From NCBI GenBank assembly GCA_964594225.1, contig CAZQLP010000004.1, positions 1 to 43,697 on the forward strand: a stretch of DNA of 43,697 nt, in the 5' to 3' direction. The position numbers and the translations under genes are program-made. The DNA comes from an uncultured Methanomassiliicoccales archaeon (lineage in GTDB: Archaea > Thermoplasmatota > Thermoplasmata > Methanomassiliicoccales > JAAEEP01). Position 1 is the stretch's first letter; every line of letters starts with the position of its first letter. The notes under the pieces are model-generated. The model saw nothing but the letters and a program-made list of their open reading frames with translations. It did no database searches and was not told where the DNA came from. Positions 17,076 through 27,309 of the stretch are shown here, in pieces.

Positions 17076-18539
17076 TTACTCAGCGACCTCTATGACCGGA
17101 TGCTTGATCTCCTTCTCCGAGTCCCTGATCAGTCCATTGTAGTATCTCCTGACCCACGCGAAGACGATGATGGAGCCGATGGTGTTAGCCAGGGCGATAC
17201 CGACCCAAATACCCATGAGCCCCATGTCAAGCGTGTTGGAGAGGATGAAGGCGAACAGCGATGTCAGTATTAGGGTCCTGAGGATTGTGGCCGCCAGTGC
17301 CGATGTTCCTTTCCCGGCGCCCTGGAAGACCGCCGATGAGAACATGCCCAATGCCACCGTGGGATTGGAGATGGCCATGACCTGTATGAACACTATGAGC
17401 TCCGGGGCCAGGTGAGCGGCCCCCTCCGAGCTGGTGAACAGGGCGGTGATCTGTGCTGCCAGCAGGAACATCATGGTCCCCATGAGTATCTCGATCATTA
17501 TGCCCAGCTTAGTGGCGTAGATATGAGTGATCCTGATGTTCTTGAACCGTTTGGAACCGAAGGACGCCCCGCTGATGGGGGTCACGGCGGAAGCTATGCC
17601 AATGAGAGGTACCACGGCCACTGAGAACACCCTCCATCCCGTTGCGTAGATCGCCACCCCGTCGGTAGTGCTCACCGTCAGGATTATCAGGTTCATGATG
17701 AAAGCAGTTATGGACATCGACAGCTGTTGCATTGATGCCGGAAGCCCCACCTTCAGGATATCCCTGACAATCGCACCCCTGAACCTGAACCCCCTGAACT
17801 TGAATGAGACGTACGTGGATTTCTCCATGATCAGCCAGTAGAACAGGAGGATGGCCGATATGCCAAAGGAGATGACCGTGGCCCAGGCCGCCCCGCCGAT
17901 CCCCATATCGAATCCATATATGAATATAGGGTCCAGGACTATGTTCAAAACGGAGCCAAGTACCATGGCGTACATCGGCCTCTTCGCGTCCCCCTCCCCC
18001 CTAAGTATGGCCATGGCCACGCTGGCGAAGAAGATTATTATGCTGAAGGAGAAGATAATGGTTGAGTACTCGGTCGCCAATCCCGCTGTATTCCCCGCTC
18101 CGATGGCCCGGAAGATGTTCTCAGCGAAGAGCACCATGGGGATGGTGAATCCCACGGCCATGATGAGCATTATCATGATGGTATGGGTGGCGGTGGAGTC
18201 CGCCCCATCCTTATCCCCGGCCCCAATCCTTCTGGATATTGCTGAGCTTCCTCCGATCCCCAGTCCATTGGCCAGTCCCAGAGCCATGAAGAAGATGGGG
18301 AACACGAAACCCACGGCGGCAAGAGCATCCGCCCCCAGTCCCGCCACCCAGATCGCATCAAAAAGGTTGTATGCCGTCTGCACCAGCATGGCGATAATCA
18401 TGGGTATCGAGAGCTTGATCACCGCTTTCTTTGGATCACCCAATAGAATATCTATACCGTTGGTGTTCTTTCGCTCACTGCCGCTCCTGCTCTTGAGGAT
18501 CGATATGTGTATCCCTCTCTCACTTGATTCTGGCCACAT
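17076..18539 (-). CDS. MATE family efflux transporter
   Basis: 487 aa with 12 predicted TM segments. The N-terminal signature is IPMIIAMLVQTAYNLFDAIWVAGLG. Its start overlaps the marR stop by 20 nt. Confidence 0.9.
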   Translation of the reverse strand: MWPESSERGIHISILKSRSGSERKNTNGIDILLGDPKKAVIKLSIPMIIAMLVQTAYNLFDAIWVAGLGADALAAVGFVFPIFFMALGLANGLGIGGSSAISRRIGAGDKDGADSTATHTIMIMLIMAVGFTIPMVLFAENIFRAIGAGNTAGLATEYSTIIFSFSIIIFFASVAMAILRGEGDAKRPMYAMVLGSVLNIVLDPIFIYGFDMGIGGAAWATVISFGISAILLFYWLIMEKSTYVSFKFRGFRFRGAIVRDILKVGLPASMQQLSMSITAFIMNLIILTVSTTDGVAIYATGWRVFSVAVVPLIGIASAVTPISGASFGSKRFKNIRITHIYATKLGIMIEILMGTMMFLLAAQITALFTSSEGAAHLAPELIVFIQVMAISNPTVALGMFSSAVFQGAGKGTSALAATILRTLILTSLFAFILSNTLDMGLMGIWVGIALANTIGSIIVFAWVRRYYNGLIRDSEKEIKHPVIEVAE

Positions 18540-18948
18540 TCTCGGTGATCTTCTTCAGCAGCCCAATCAGCTGTTCCCTATCCTCCGGTGACAGGCCCTC
18601 CAGCAGTTCTGATTCAAGCTCAAGCTGAATACGGATGAGTTCAGGCCTTATCGAGCGTCCCCTCTCCGTGAGGAGGATCCTGTAACCTCTTCTGTCCCCG
18701 AGGTCTCTCTCCCTGACCACGTATCCGTTCTCGACGAGGGGGTGGATCGACCTAGCTATTGTGGTCTTGTCCAGTTTCAGTAGGTCGGAAAGCTTGCTCT
18801 GATTGATGCCGTCCTTCCTGTATAGGGTCATCATGAAGCCGAACTGACCACCACCGATCCCAAGGTGCCGGAGCCGCTTGTCCAGATGGGCCATCGAATG
18901 CCTATGTATCCTAGAGAAATACTTGCCCAGAAGTTCAATGTCGTCCAA
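18520..18948 (-). CDS. MarR family transcriptional regulator
   Basis: 142 aa with a winged-HTH pattern (QSKLSDLLKLDKTTIARSIHPLVENGYVVRERDLGDRR). It lies upstream of, and overlaps, the MATE gene. Confidence 0.9.
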   Translation of the reverse strand: MDDIELLGKYFSRIHRHSMAHLDKRLRHLGIGGGQFGFMMTLYRKDGINQSKLSDLLKLDKTTIARSIHPLVENGYVVRERDLGDRRGYRILLTERGRSIRPELIRIQLELESELLEGLSPEDREQLIGLLKKITENVARIK

Positions 18949-19184
18949 TCGTTCACCGCTAGTATTCTATGGATGTTGTATATGCAACTGATATTTATAT
19001 TGTTGCATATACAACCATTCCTAATCCCCCATTCTGACTCATGTCAAGGTTCCAATCCCCTCACCGTCCGCGGTAGTGGGCCAATTGTATGTACGACCCG
19101 TGTCATGCCACCCATTAACACAGGGGATGGTCACATGTCTGGAATCGTCGATTTCCCCAGGATCCCGAAGAGCGTCTACGGGCA

Positions 19185-19375
19185 ATGTCCAACTGCCGGT
19201 ACATGCAGAAGATGGACATCGACGTCATCTCCATTGATGACGAGGAGGTGAGGCTATCAATGGCCGTGGAGGGGAACCGGAACGCCCTGGGCACCGCCTA
19301 CGGAGGGGCGATGTTCTCACTTGCGGATCAGGCGTTCGCCCTAGCCGCAAACCGGATGGGAGAATCAGAGGTGGC
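19185..19375 (+). pseudogene. 5' fragment of a PaaI/hotdog-fold thioesterase
   Basis: ...VEGNRNALGTAYGGAMFSLADQAFALAAN... is the PaaI core. Homology stops after ~SEVA, and the expected C-terminal strands are absent. A possible N-terminus (MSGIVDFP, from 19135) lies in a different frame. Confidence 0.6.
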
Positions 19376-19746
19376 CAGACCGCTTCAACAGCAAGATGGA
19401 AAAGATGGGGCGAAAGGACCTCTTCCTCCACTGATCGACCAACCACGGGCAATGGGTGTTCGGGGCCAGAAGTCCTAGCGAGTACTTCCTGAACACAAGG
19501 GAGTACAACCTGAGGGACTTAGCCTCTGAGATATCCTGTCCCACCCTCGTGGTCGATTCGGAGGAGGAACATGCATTTCCAGGTCAGGCCGGTAAACTCT
19601 TTGAGGCTTTCTCCTATCCCAAGGACCTCATGGTCTTCAAGACCTCGGAGGGAGCCGGGTTGCACTGCCAGGTGGGAGCCCTCACCCTAGGGAATCAGAG
19701 GATTCTCAATTGGCTTGATGGGATCATGGGAACCAGATGTCAGTAG
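19376..19746 (+). pseudogene. 3' fragment of an alpha/beta hydrolase
   Basis: ...EISCPTLVVDSEEEHAFPG...GAGLHCQ... is a hydrolase C-terminus with the catalytic His region. The upstream in-frame continuation (DRFNSKMEKMGRKDLFLH*) contains a stop. There is no N-terminal nucleophile domain. Confidence 0.6.
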
Positions 19747-20105
19747 GTTATCACGTGCTTGGCGTCCATGATCTCCCTCATGATCGCTCCTGTGTTAACC
19801 ACCATCACCTCATCGATGAGCTCCTCCTTGGGGATCCCCCGCTTCCGCAGGGATTGATCGGACACCAGCAGCCTCCCTCCACTCTGAACGAATGATTCTA
19901 TCAGGTCGTCTAGGAGGGGCAACTCTGGTTCCTTGATGGTGGAGGCAAAACCCTTCCGGACAAGGGGAACGGCCTTGGACTGAAGTATGACCACCGGATG
20001 CAGTCCCGCGGAGCTAGCGTTCACCGCCAAGATCATTGGATTGATGCAGAACTCGGGCTCGTCGTCAGAGTGCTTCATTATTATGACTATCTTCTCCAGT
20101 TTCAT
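19740..20105 (-). CDS. DsrE/DsrF-like (COG2044-type) protein
   Basis: Trimmed to the ATG at 20105 (MKLEKIVIIMKHSDDEPE...). It is about 121 aa with a DsrE-fold pattern. Confidence 0.65.
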   Translation of the reverse strand: MKLEKIVIIMKHSDDEPEFCINPMILAVNASSAGLHPVVILQSKAVPLVRKGFASTIKEPELPLLDDLIESFVQSGGRLLVSDQSLRKRGIPKEELIDEVMVVNTGAIMREIMDAKHVITY

Positions 20106-20546
20106 CACCTCGGGAGGTCGACCGTTGACAACCGGTATTGTACCCCCATCATTGATTAGTAACAAAGGGAATAAAACATTGTCGGGTATCTTTGCCCGAC
20201 TTACAAAACTGTCCTGGACGATCCTGCCCCCGCACTCCTCTCCTGGAGTGGAGAATACGTCGATGGCGGTACCGTCCTCTACAGCCGTGGTGCCATGCTC
20301 GACGTTGGGGGAACGAAATACCCGTCCCCAGGCACAAATCCACCTCTTGATCCCCTCCGCCGGTTCCGCCTCCTCGGCCTCATCATTGTTGTGGACCCAC
20401 GCACCTTGCGGATAGCTACCCCTGACCTAGTTGGGAGATGTGATCCAGGAGAAATGATAATTTATCTGTGCGTTGATTCGCTAAGGAAGTCCGGAGATTG
20501 GAGGTTTGCCGATCTCATCGACCAAAGGCATCTTGGAGGGGAATAA

Positions 20547-21197
20547 GTGGAGCTGAGAGTGATCTACGACAACGAAGCCTCTCCCGAGCTCGAGAGCTCA
20601 TGGGGGTTCTCCTGCCTGATAGATGGCGACGTTCTCTTCGATACGGGTGGGAAGTACAGGATACTCAGGAACAACATGGAACTGATGGGGATATCCCCCA
20701 GCGACGTGGGAACCGTGGTGATCTCCCATGATCATTGGGACCACATGGGTGGTCTTTCCATACTTGAGGAAATGGGCGAGGTCAATGTGATCATCCCCGG
20801 GGGTTCCAATCAGCGGTTGAGAAGGATGATATCAAAGTATGCTGATGCGCTCATCGTGGAGGTCAAGGATGCACATAGGATACGGGAGGGGATCGATGTG
20901 ATCGGCGATTTCGGACATTCGATCGATGAGATAGTGGTGGTCGTCGAGGGGGACCTTGGGAAAGGGGTGATAACGGGCTGTGCCCATCCCGGACTGGACA
21001 ATATCCTGGCAAAGGTCTCGAAGGGCTCTAGCGTGAGCTCGATGATCGGTGGTTTCCACGATTTCAATAGGCTCGATAGCCTGTCCGACCTGGAGCTGAT
21101 AATCCCTTGTCACTGCACCGAACTGAAGTACCGCATCCTCGAGAAGTTCCCCGAGACAAGCCATTCCTGCAAGGCGGGGGACACCTTCCAATTATGA
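20547..21197 (+). CDS. MBL-fold metallo-hydrolase (COG1237-like)
   Basis: It has the HxHxDH motif (ISHDHWDHMGG) and a GTG start. 216 aa. Confidence 0.8.
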   Translation: MELRVIYDNEASPELESSWGFSCLIDGDVLFDTGGKYRILRNNMELMGISPSDVGTVVISHDHWDHMGGLSILEEMGEVNVIIPGGSNQRLRRMISKYADALIVEVKDAHRIREGIDVIGDFGHSIDEIVVVVEGDLGKGVITGCAHPGLDNILAKVSKGSSVSSMIGGFHDFNRLDSLSDLELIIPCHCTELKYRILEKFPETSHSCKAGDTFQL

Positions 21198-21431
21198 GGG
21201 TCGACTTATCATTTCCACCAGGATCCCTCAAGTTTCATCAAGAAGGAATGAGGATACTTGCGCCATCCGTATGAGGGTTGCAGCCACTCGAGAGGACGAA
21301 GGTCGCTATGGCTTTGGGCGCATGGAATTGCACGAGATGGGGCGAACCCGCTGGAGGATTGGGTCCATCATCAGGAGCACTCTGTCTTGACATCGAAAGG
21401 TTCTTGATTGTTAGATGGATTCCGGAGGCTC

Positions 21432-22022
21432 ATGAGGGCAGGGGTCGTATCCGTCCAGGGAGCCTTTCCAGAGCATATCGATACGTTCAACAGGGCAATG
21501 AAGGCACTGGGGATCGACGGAAAAACCGTCTCCGTCAGAAGGAAACGGGACCTGGAAGGGGTGGATTGCCTTGCACTCCCTGGAGGAGAGAGCACCACCA
21601 TATCCAAGCTCCTGAGGAGATTCGACCTCTTCGATGACCTGATGGAGATGGGGGAGTCTGGGGTGCCGGTCATGGGTACCTGCGCAGGTTGCGTCCTGTT
21701 GTCCAAGGAGGGAGACGAGCAGGTGATCCGCACGGGCACCGAGCTCCTGGGCCTCATGGACATATCGGTCAGAAGGAACGCCTTCGGAAGGCAGAGGGAG
21801 TCATTCGAGGCCATGCTGGATGTCAAGGGACTCGAATCGCCTTTTCCTTCGGTGTTCATAAGGGCCCCGGTGATCGAAAGGGTTTGGGGTGATTGCCAGC
21901 CCTACTGCGTGTACGATGACAGGATCGTGATGGCCCGCCAGGGAAACCTTCTCGCTCTCTCATTCCACCCGGAGCTGTGCGCAGATACCAGGATCCATGA
22001 GATGCTCATAAGGATGATCTAG
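21432..22022 (+). CDS. pdxT: Pyridoxal 5'-phosphate synthase, glutaminase subunit PdxT
   Basis: GVVSVQGAF.EH, LPGGESTT, GTCAGCVLL (catalytic Cys) and LSFHPEL. The ATG at 21432 is preferred over the track start. Confidence 0.9.
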   Translation: MRAGVVSVQGAFPEHIDTFNRAMKALGIDGKTVSVRRKRDLEGVDCLALPGGESTTISKLLRRFDLFDDLMEMGESGVPVMGTCAGCVLLSKEGDEQVIRTGTELLGLMDISVRRNAFGRQRESFEAMLDVKGLESPFPSVFIRAPVIERVWGDCQPYCVYDDRIVMARQGNLLALSFHPELCADTRIHEMLIRMI

Positions 22023-22038
22023 GGCAGATCGATATTCA

Positions 22039-22782
22039 TCAGGATTTCACGGCGTCTATGATGCCCTCAAGCATCGATTCAAAATCGCCGTTCTCCACCA
22101 CGGTACCCGTGACCACGATATCAGCACCCGCCTTCTTCACCATCCCAGCGGCCTTGGGATTCCTGATGCCGCCTCCCACAACCAACGGGATGGACACGTT
22201 CGCCTTTATGGCTGCGATCATCTCCGCTGGAACTGGCTCCGGGGCTCCGCTCCCCGCCTCAACATAGAATAGATCCATTCCCAGAAACTCGGCTGCAAGC
22301 CCGTAGGCCACCGCGGTCATGGGATCATCCCTCATGACCAGTTCGGCCTCCCCCACCTCGCCGACCTTCATTCCCGGCTCGATGATCAGGTAGCCCATTG
22401 GGATCGGCTCCAGTCCCATCTTCTTGACGATGGGCGCGCCTGTCACCTGCTCCCCTATCACTTTGCCGAGATTGCGGCTGTTCAGCATGCTCATGAAGTA
22501 TATCGCGTCGGCATAGGGTGATATTGCGTGGGCCCCCGAGGGGAAAAATATGACCGGTATATCGACGGACTCCTTGATGGCCAGTACCGCTGAGTCTAGA
22601 TTCCCCTGGGTGATACCCGTCGATCCCCCGACCATGATGGCATCTGTTCCCAACTCCTGGGCAACCTTGGCGATTTCACCGGATCGCTCGCTTGACTGAC
22701 TATCTGGATCTATGAGAGTCATGTGCAGGGTTCCGTTCGTCACCCTGCCGCTGATATAATCCTTGACCTTCATGCGAATCAT
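22039..22782 (-). CDS. Geranylgeranylglyceryl phosphate synthase (PcrB/GGGPS family)
   Basis: 247 aa with LIDPD..., GTDAIMVGGS, FFPSG and GGGIR motifs. It overlaps the upstream UbiA-family gene by 4 nt. Confidence 0.9.
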   Translation of the reverse strand: MIRMKVKDYISGRVTNGTLHMTLIDPDSQSSERSGEIAKVAQELGTDAIMVGGSTGITQGNLDSAVLAIKESVDIPVIFFPSGAHAISPYADAIYFMSMLNSRNLGKVIGEQVTGAPIVKKMGLEPIPMGYLIIEPGMKVGEVGEAELVMRDDPMTAVAYGLAAEFLGMDLFYVEAGSGAPEPVPAEMIAAIKANVSIPLVVGGGIRNPKAAGMVKKAGADIVVTGTVVENGDFESMLEGIIDAVKS

Positions 22783-23609
22783 CCCGTGATTATGACGTGC
22801 AGCTTACCTATCAGGAATGCGAGGAGGGCCACCAACATTCCGTACTTGGCCAATCTCTGCCCCCGGGTGGGGTTCTGAAAATGAACCATGGAGCAGTATA
22901 TAAAGATTGCATCCGCGACCGCAACGATGGCCAGATATCCCAGGTCCATGTACCCGCTTAGGTATGGCTCGAAGCTCAACCCGACCGCCAGGAGGAAGGA
23001 GAAGCTTCCGATCACCCCGCTCCATCTCTTACCGATCCTCTTGGGAAGGGTCTTCCGGTCGAAGTCGGCGCCCATGTCCTCAATGTCCTTGACGATCTCC
23101 CTCCCTAGGATTGCCAGGAATGCCATCGCTGCGAAAATCATCGTCCTTTCAGGGCTTCCCACGACAGCCCCTCCAAGTAGAAACAACGCCGCCGTCAGCC
23201 AGGCGATGGATAGGTTACCTGGCAGACCCATCCTCTTGCTCCAGACCTCGTACAGTACCATCACCCCAATAGCGCTGGCCACTATCAGTATAGAGATCCA
23301 ATCCAGGGGAAGGGAGAAGATGAACGACAGGGTGAACATGATGCCAGAGAGTATGAGCGCGTTCCCGGGAGCGATCCTCCCGGATGGGATGGGCCGCTCG
23401 GGATGTGCCTTTTTGTCCACCTCCCTGTCGGTGTAGTCATTCAGGGAGTTCCCTCCCATTATGAATGTGAACACCACCACTGCTGCCAGCACCAGCTGCG
23501 TTGCGTGGTCCACCATCTGAAAACCCTCGGCAATGAAAGCTCCGAGGATCAGGCCGACCACACCCATGAGGCAATTGCCAATTCTGAATAGCTGGATGTA
23601 CGGGTTCAC
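22779..23609 (-). CDS. Digeranylgeranylglyceryl phosphate synthase (UbiA prenyltransferase family)
   Basis: 276 aa, polytopic, with the NDYTDREVDK Asp-rich motif. It is paired with GGGPS. Confidence 0.85.
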   Translation of the reverse strand: MNPYIQLFRIGNCLMGVVGLILGAFIAEGFQMVDHATQLVLAAVVVFTFIMGGNSLNDYTDREVDKKAHPERPIPSGRIAPGNALILSGIMFTLSFIFSLPLDWISILIVASAIGVMVLYEVWSKRMGLPGNLSIAWLTAALFLLGGAVVGSPERTMIFAAMAFLAILGREIVKDIEDMGADFDRKTLPKRIGKRWSGVIGSFSFLLAVGLSFEPYLSGYMDLGYLAIVAVADAIFIYCSMVHFQNPTRGQRLAKYGMLVALLAFLIGKLHVIITG

Positions 23610-23706
23610 GGTCGCAGATTCATCTGCCCGTTTTTACCTTTTGCGCATCCTCATCCCTAATTGATTCATAAGAGTTAAGAGCACAGACAGTCAATAGGGG
23701 CTCGAA

Positions 23707-25146
23707 ATGGCCGAGCCAAGCGATGTTGAGGAGATTGAGGCCATCAAGGCGAAAGTGGGGAGATACTTTCCCATCTACGATGTCAAGGTGAGCTATGAGT
23801 CCCTGACGCTTTTCATCTCGCCGGTCATGGAGACACTCGAAGATGATTTCGAGAGTATGAGAAAAGAGCTGGGCACCAAGAAGTATATACCTGCACTCAA
23901 CAGGACCGCGGGCGAGTACCAGATACAGATACTCAAGCGTCCGGACATAAAAACTCGAGGAATATGGGTCAACTGGATCATGCTGATAGCCACCATCTGC
24001 TCCACCATGTTCGCTGGAGCCTTCCTCTGGGCCGATTATCAGGGGGTGGAACTCTTCGATATCGAAACATTCGCCCTCGGGGGACTGTTCTTCACCCTCC
24101 CCCTACTTGCGATCCTGGGGATCCATGAGCTGGGTCACTACATGATGTCCAAGCGTCACGGTGTCGATGCCTCGCTACCGTTCTTCATTCCATCAGTTCC
24201 ACCCCTGGGCACCTTCGGTGCGTTCATCTCCATGAGGGATCCCATGCCCAACAGGAAGGCCCTGCTGGATATAGGGGTGGCGGGCCCCTTGGCAGGCATA
24301 GCGGTGACAATTCCCGTGACCATCGCAGGTCTATACCTCACGGTTCAGGGCAACGTCCCGATAGGGGGCGTGAGCCCGGTTGGGGCCGTGGCGCTGTCCA
24401 TTCCGCCGCTGTTCGAGGTGTTCACTTTCTTCATTCATGTCCCAGATGGCATCGCGCTCCACCCCACCGGTTTCGCCGCTTGGGTCGGTTTCCTTGTGAC
24501 CGCCATCAATCTCCTGCCCGCTGGTCAGCTCGACGGGGGGCACATCGCCAGGGCGCTCTTCGGGGACAACTCTAGGTACCTGAGCTACATCACCATCGGC
24601 GCCCTTTTCATGATGGGACTGTTCTTCGCCGGATGGCTGTTCTTCGCCATCATCATCGTCTTCTTGGGACTGAGACATCCACCGCCTCTGAACGACATCA
24701 CCAAGATCGGGATCAAGAGGCAGGTGGTGGGCGTTGTCGCAATGGTCATACTGGTGACCAGCTTTGCGCCCATACCGATGTACATGATAACTCCAGATTA
24801 CCAGGTTGACGTGACGGTGCAGGGGGACAACAACACCACCGCATACCCCGGGGATATGGTCTACTTTGGCCTTTACGTCAACAACACAGGCAACACTGAT
24901 ATCGACCTCACTATGAGCATAGTGCAGGTCCCATCGGGATGGGGGGCGGTGGTCTATATCACCAATCAGAGCGCGGAGAACGCCACGAACACGCTCCATT
25001 ACACGCTCCCCTACGAGGGGAACTCTAGCGTTACCATCCGCATCGATATCCCGGAATCGGCGACACCGTCAAATAAGACATTATATCTGGAATGCCAGAC
25101 CCAGGACGCCACCGATCAAGAGAGTTTCACCGTTCAGGTTCTCTAG
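23707..25146 (+). CDS. Site-2 protease family (M50) membrane metalloprotease with a C-terminal extracellular beta-rich domain
   Basis: It has HELGHY and NLLPAGQLDGGH motifs. The C-terminal ~110 aa are Asn/Thr-rich and Ig-like (NNTGNTDIDLTMSIVQVPSGW). Confidence 0.85.
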   Translation: MAEPSDVEEIEAIKAKVGRYFPIYDVKVSYESLTLFISPVMETLEDDFESMRKELGTKKYIPALNRTAGEYQIQILKRPDIKTRGIWVNWIMLIATICSTMFAGAFLWADYQGVELFDIETFALGGLFFTLPLLAILGIHELGHYMMSKRHGVDASLPFFIPSVPPLGTFGAFISMRDPMPNRKALLDIGVAGPLAGIAVTIPVTIAGLYLTVQGNVPIGGVSPVGAVALSIPPLFEVFTFFIHVPDGIALHPTGFAAWVGFLVTAINLLPAGQLDGGHIARALFGDNSRYLSYITIGALFMMGLFFAGWLFFAIIIVFLGLRHPPPLNDITKIGIKRQVVGVVAMVILVTSFAPIPMYMITPDYQVDVTVQGDNNTTAYPGDMVYFGLYVNNTGNTDIDLTMSIVQVPSGWGAVVYITNQSAENATNTLHYTLPYEGNSSVTIRIDIPESATPSNKTLYLECQTQDATDQESFTVQVL

Positions 25147-26140
25147 CGAAGACGTAGTAATTCCTTGTGAGGGACCTGTGTACCCTTTGGACATGATTGT
25201 CGACAAGCTTCAATCGATGAACAGCCTCGGTACACGCCCTTGGAAGGACGAGTCCCAGCTTTCTCCCAGGTGGGAGGACGTCCGCGAACGACCCCATCAT
25301 TCTGGTGTGGAGGTTCCTGAGGTCCTCTCTCATGGTGGTGGTCGATCGGCCATACGGGGGATCGGTGGCGATCGCAGCCACCTCCCCGAACATCTCGCGG
25401 ATGTCGCCGACATCACCCCTCTCAAGCCGATCGAAACCGGCTCCGAAGAACTCCATGTTCTCCTTGCATCCCTGTATCATCTCCTCGGAGATGTCCGATC
25501 CGAGCACCCTCGCCCCCATCAAGGAAGCCTCTATCAGTATCCCCCCGGTCCCGCAGAACGGATCCAGGAGCCTCTCCCCCTTCTTGACCCCAGTCAGGTT
25601 GACAAGAGCCCTGGCAAATCTTGGATGGAGGGATATGGGCGAGAAGAAGGGTCTTAGGCCCACCTTCCGCCCCTCGAACTGCGATCTGTCGATCAACTCC
25701 TCTCCCAGGAAGAAGTGGATTCCCTCGGAGATGAGGATCCTGACTTCCACCTCCGGGTTCTCCAGGTCGACATCTCTTCTCTCTGCCAAGATCGCTCCCA
25801 CTTTCCTAGAGAGTTCTGAGGGTCCTACTGAGAGATGGTTGCCCTGGAATCTCTTGGCCCGAACAGCGATGGAGCCTTCCGGGACCTCGAGGGACCTGGC
25901 GAAGTCCATGATCTCATCGGGACCGCAGGATCCCAGGTATCTTCCTGCCCGATGGCAGAGTCCAAGTCTGGACGCGACATCATGCAGCTTCTCAGTCTCG
26001 AACCCGATCACCAAGACCCCGGGAGTGGAGAGCGATTCCCTGAATCTACCGCATTCCGCCTCTGTGGCTGCACGCACCTCGGCGCTGGGCAGAGAGGGAT
26101 GCTCCCCCGAGAGTTCGAAAAGAAATGGGGTCCATTTCAT
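25127..26140 (-). CDS. THUMP-domain tRNA (guanine(10)-N2)-methyltransferase (Trm11/Trm-G10-like)
   Basis: 337 aa with an N-terminal THUMP-like region, the SAM motif DPFCGTGGILIE and the catalytic DPPYG. Its 3' end overlaps the convergent M50 gene by 20 nt. Confidence 0.8.
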   Translation of the reverse strand: MKWTPFLFELSGEHPSLPSAEVRAATEAECGRFRESLSTPGVLVIGFETEKLHDVASRLGLCHRAGRYLGSCGPDEIMDFARSLEVPEGSIAVRAKRFQGNHLSVGPSELSRKVGAILAERRDVDLENPEVEVRILISEGIHFFLGEELIDRSQFEGRKVGLRPFFSPISLHPRFARALVNLTGVKKGERLLDPFCGTGGILIEASLMGARVLGSDISEEMIQGCKENMEFFGAGFDRLERGDVGDIREMFGEVAAIATDPPYGRSTTTMREDLRNLHTRMMGSFADVLPPGRKLGLVLPRACTEAVHRLKLVDNHVQRVHRSLTRNYYVFAREPER

Positions 26141-26158
26141 GTCATCTGGCGGTAGGGA

Positions 26159-27100
26159 TCAGTCCCTGACGCCCTCTTCGCTGATGGTGATCACAGCTTC
26201 GGCCTCTGGCAGGTTCGGAGAGTCGATCAGCCTCACGATCCTCTTACCAGCCTTGCTCTTCCTCAGGTACAGCCTGAACGTTGCCGTGTGGCCGACCACG
26301 TGGCCCCCGATGGGCCTGGTGGGATCGCCGAAGAACGCGTCGGGCTTGGCCGATACCTGATTGGTAACGGCGATGACAGAGTTGTTGAGGTCCGCGAACC
26401 TGAGGAGGGCATGCATGTGCTTGTTGAGTGACTGTTGCCTCTCAGCAAGCGCTGCCCTCCCTATATACTCGGCCCTGAAGTGTGCGGTTAGGGAATCAAC
26501 GATCATTGCTTTCACATTCTTCTCCTTGGCAAGCTCCATGGCCTTATCCACCAGCAGCATCTGGTGATGCGAGTTGAACGCCCTCGCGACGTGGATCTTC
26601 TGGAGGGTCTCCATAGGATCCACCTCCAATGCATTGGCCATCTGGATTATCCTCTCCGGCCGGAACGTGTTCTCGGTATCGATGATTATCACCTCCCCAT
26701 CGAGTCCTCCCATATCCACGGGAATGGTGGCGTTGACCGCGATCTGGAAACATATCTGGGTCTTACCACTTCCGAATTCCCCGAAGAACTCGACTATGGA
26801 CTGAGATTCGAAACCGCCGCCCATTAGCTCATCGAACGCCTTGGAGCAGGAAGTCAGCTTGTTGACGCTCTTTCTTCTCTCCAGAATGGTCTCGCCTGTC
26901 TCGAATCCCCCGACATCGGCGGCCTCTTTCGCGGCCGCGATGATCTTGATAGCGGTACTCTCCCCGATGTCGCAGACATCGGCAAGCGTCTTGGGCGATT
27001 CCACCGCCAAGCTCATGAGATCATCATAGCCGGCTTCCGTTAGTTTATCTGCGGTCGCCGGCCCAACGCCGGGCAGGTCTTCCAGATTGATCTCTGCCAT
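26159..27100 (-). CDS. radA: DNA repair and recombination protein RadA
   Basis: Trimmed to the ATG at 27100 ([20 protein letters not shown]: HhH domain). Walker A is GEFGSGKTQ. 313 aa. The track's 57-aa N-terminal extension is not RadA-like. Confidence 0.95.
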   Translation of the reverse strand: MAEINLEDLPGVGPATADKLTEAGYDDLMSLAVESPKTLADVCDIGESTAIKIIAAAKEAADVGGFETGETILERRKSVNKLTSCSKAFDELMGGGFESQSIVEFFGEFGSGKTQICFQIAVNATIPVDMGGLDGEVIIIDTENTFRPERIIQMANALEVDPMETLQKIHVARAFNSHHQMLLVDKAMELAKEKNVKAMIVDSLTAHFRAEYIGRAALAERQQSLNKHMHALLRFADLNNSVIAVTNQVSAKPDAFFGDPTRPIGGHVVGHTATFRLYLRKSKAGKRIVRLIDSPNLPEAEAVITISEEGVRD

Positions 27101-27309
27101 TACATACCCTCCATACCAAATCCAATCGATGCATATAATATGTATCGTGGGGAGATGATTGAAACTGTCCTCCCAAACCCAATCACCAATTCTTGCAACG
27201 TTGGAAGGGATGATACACCTGGTGACTGCATCCAGTATGCACATCGTTGAAGGAATTATATTCAGATTCATGAAAAAGATTTATACGGAACTTGTTGTTA
27301 AGGGGGTCA

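Noticed and set aside
20106-20420. About 85 stop-free codons continuing upstream, in frame, of the DsrE-like gene (…RWICAWGRVFRSPNVEHGTTAVEDGTAIDVFSTPGEECGGRIVQ…)
   Set aside because: It has no ATG/GTG/TTG start before 20165 and no recognisable family. It is probably a chance open frame in GC-rich DNA or a degraded remnant.
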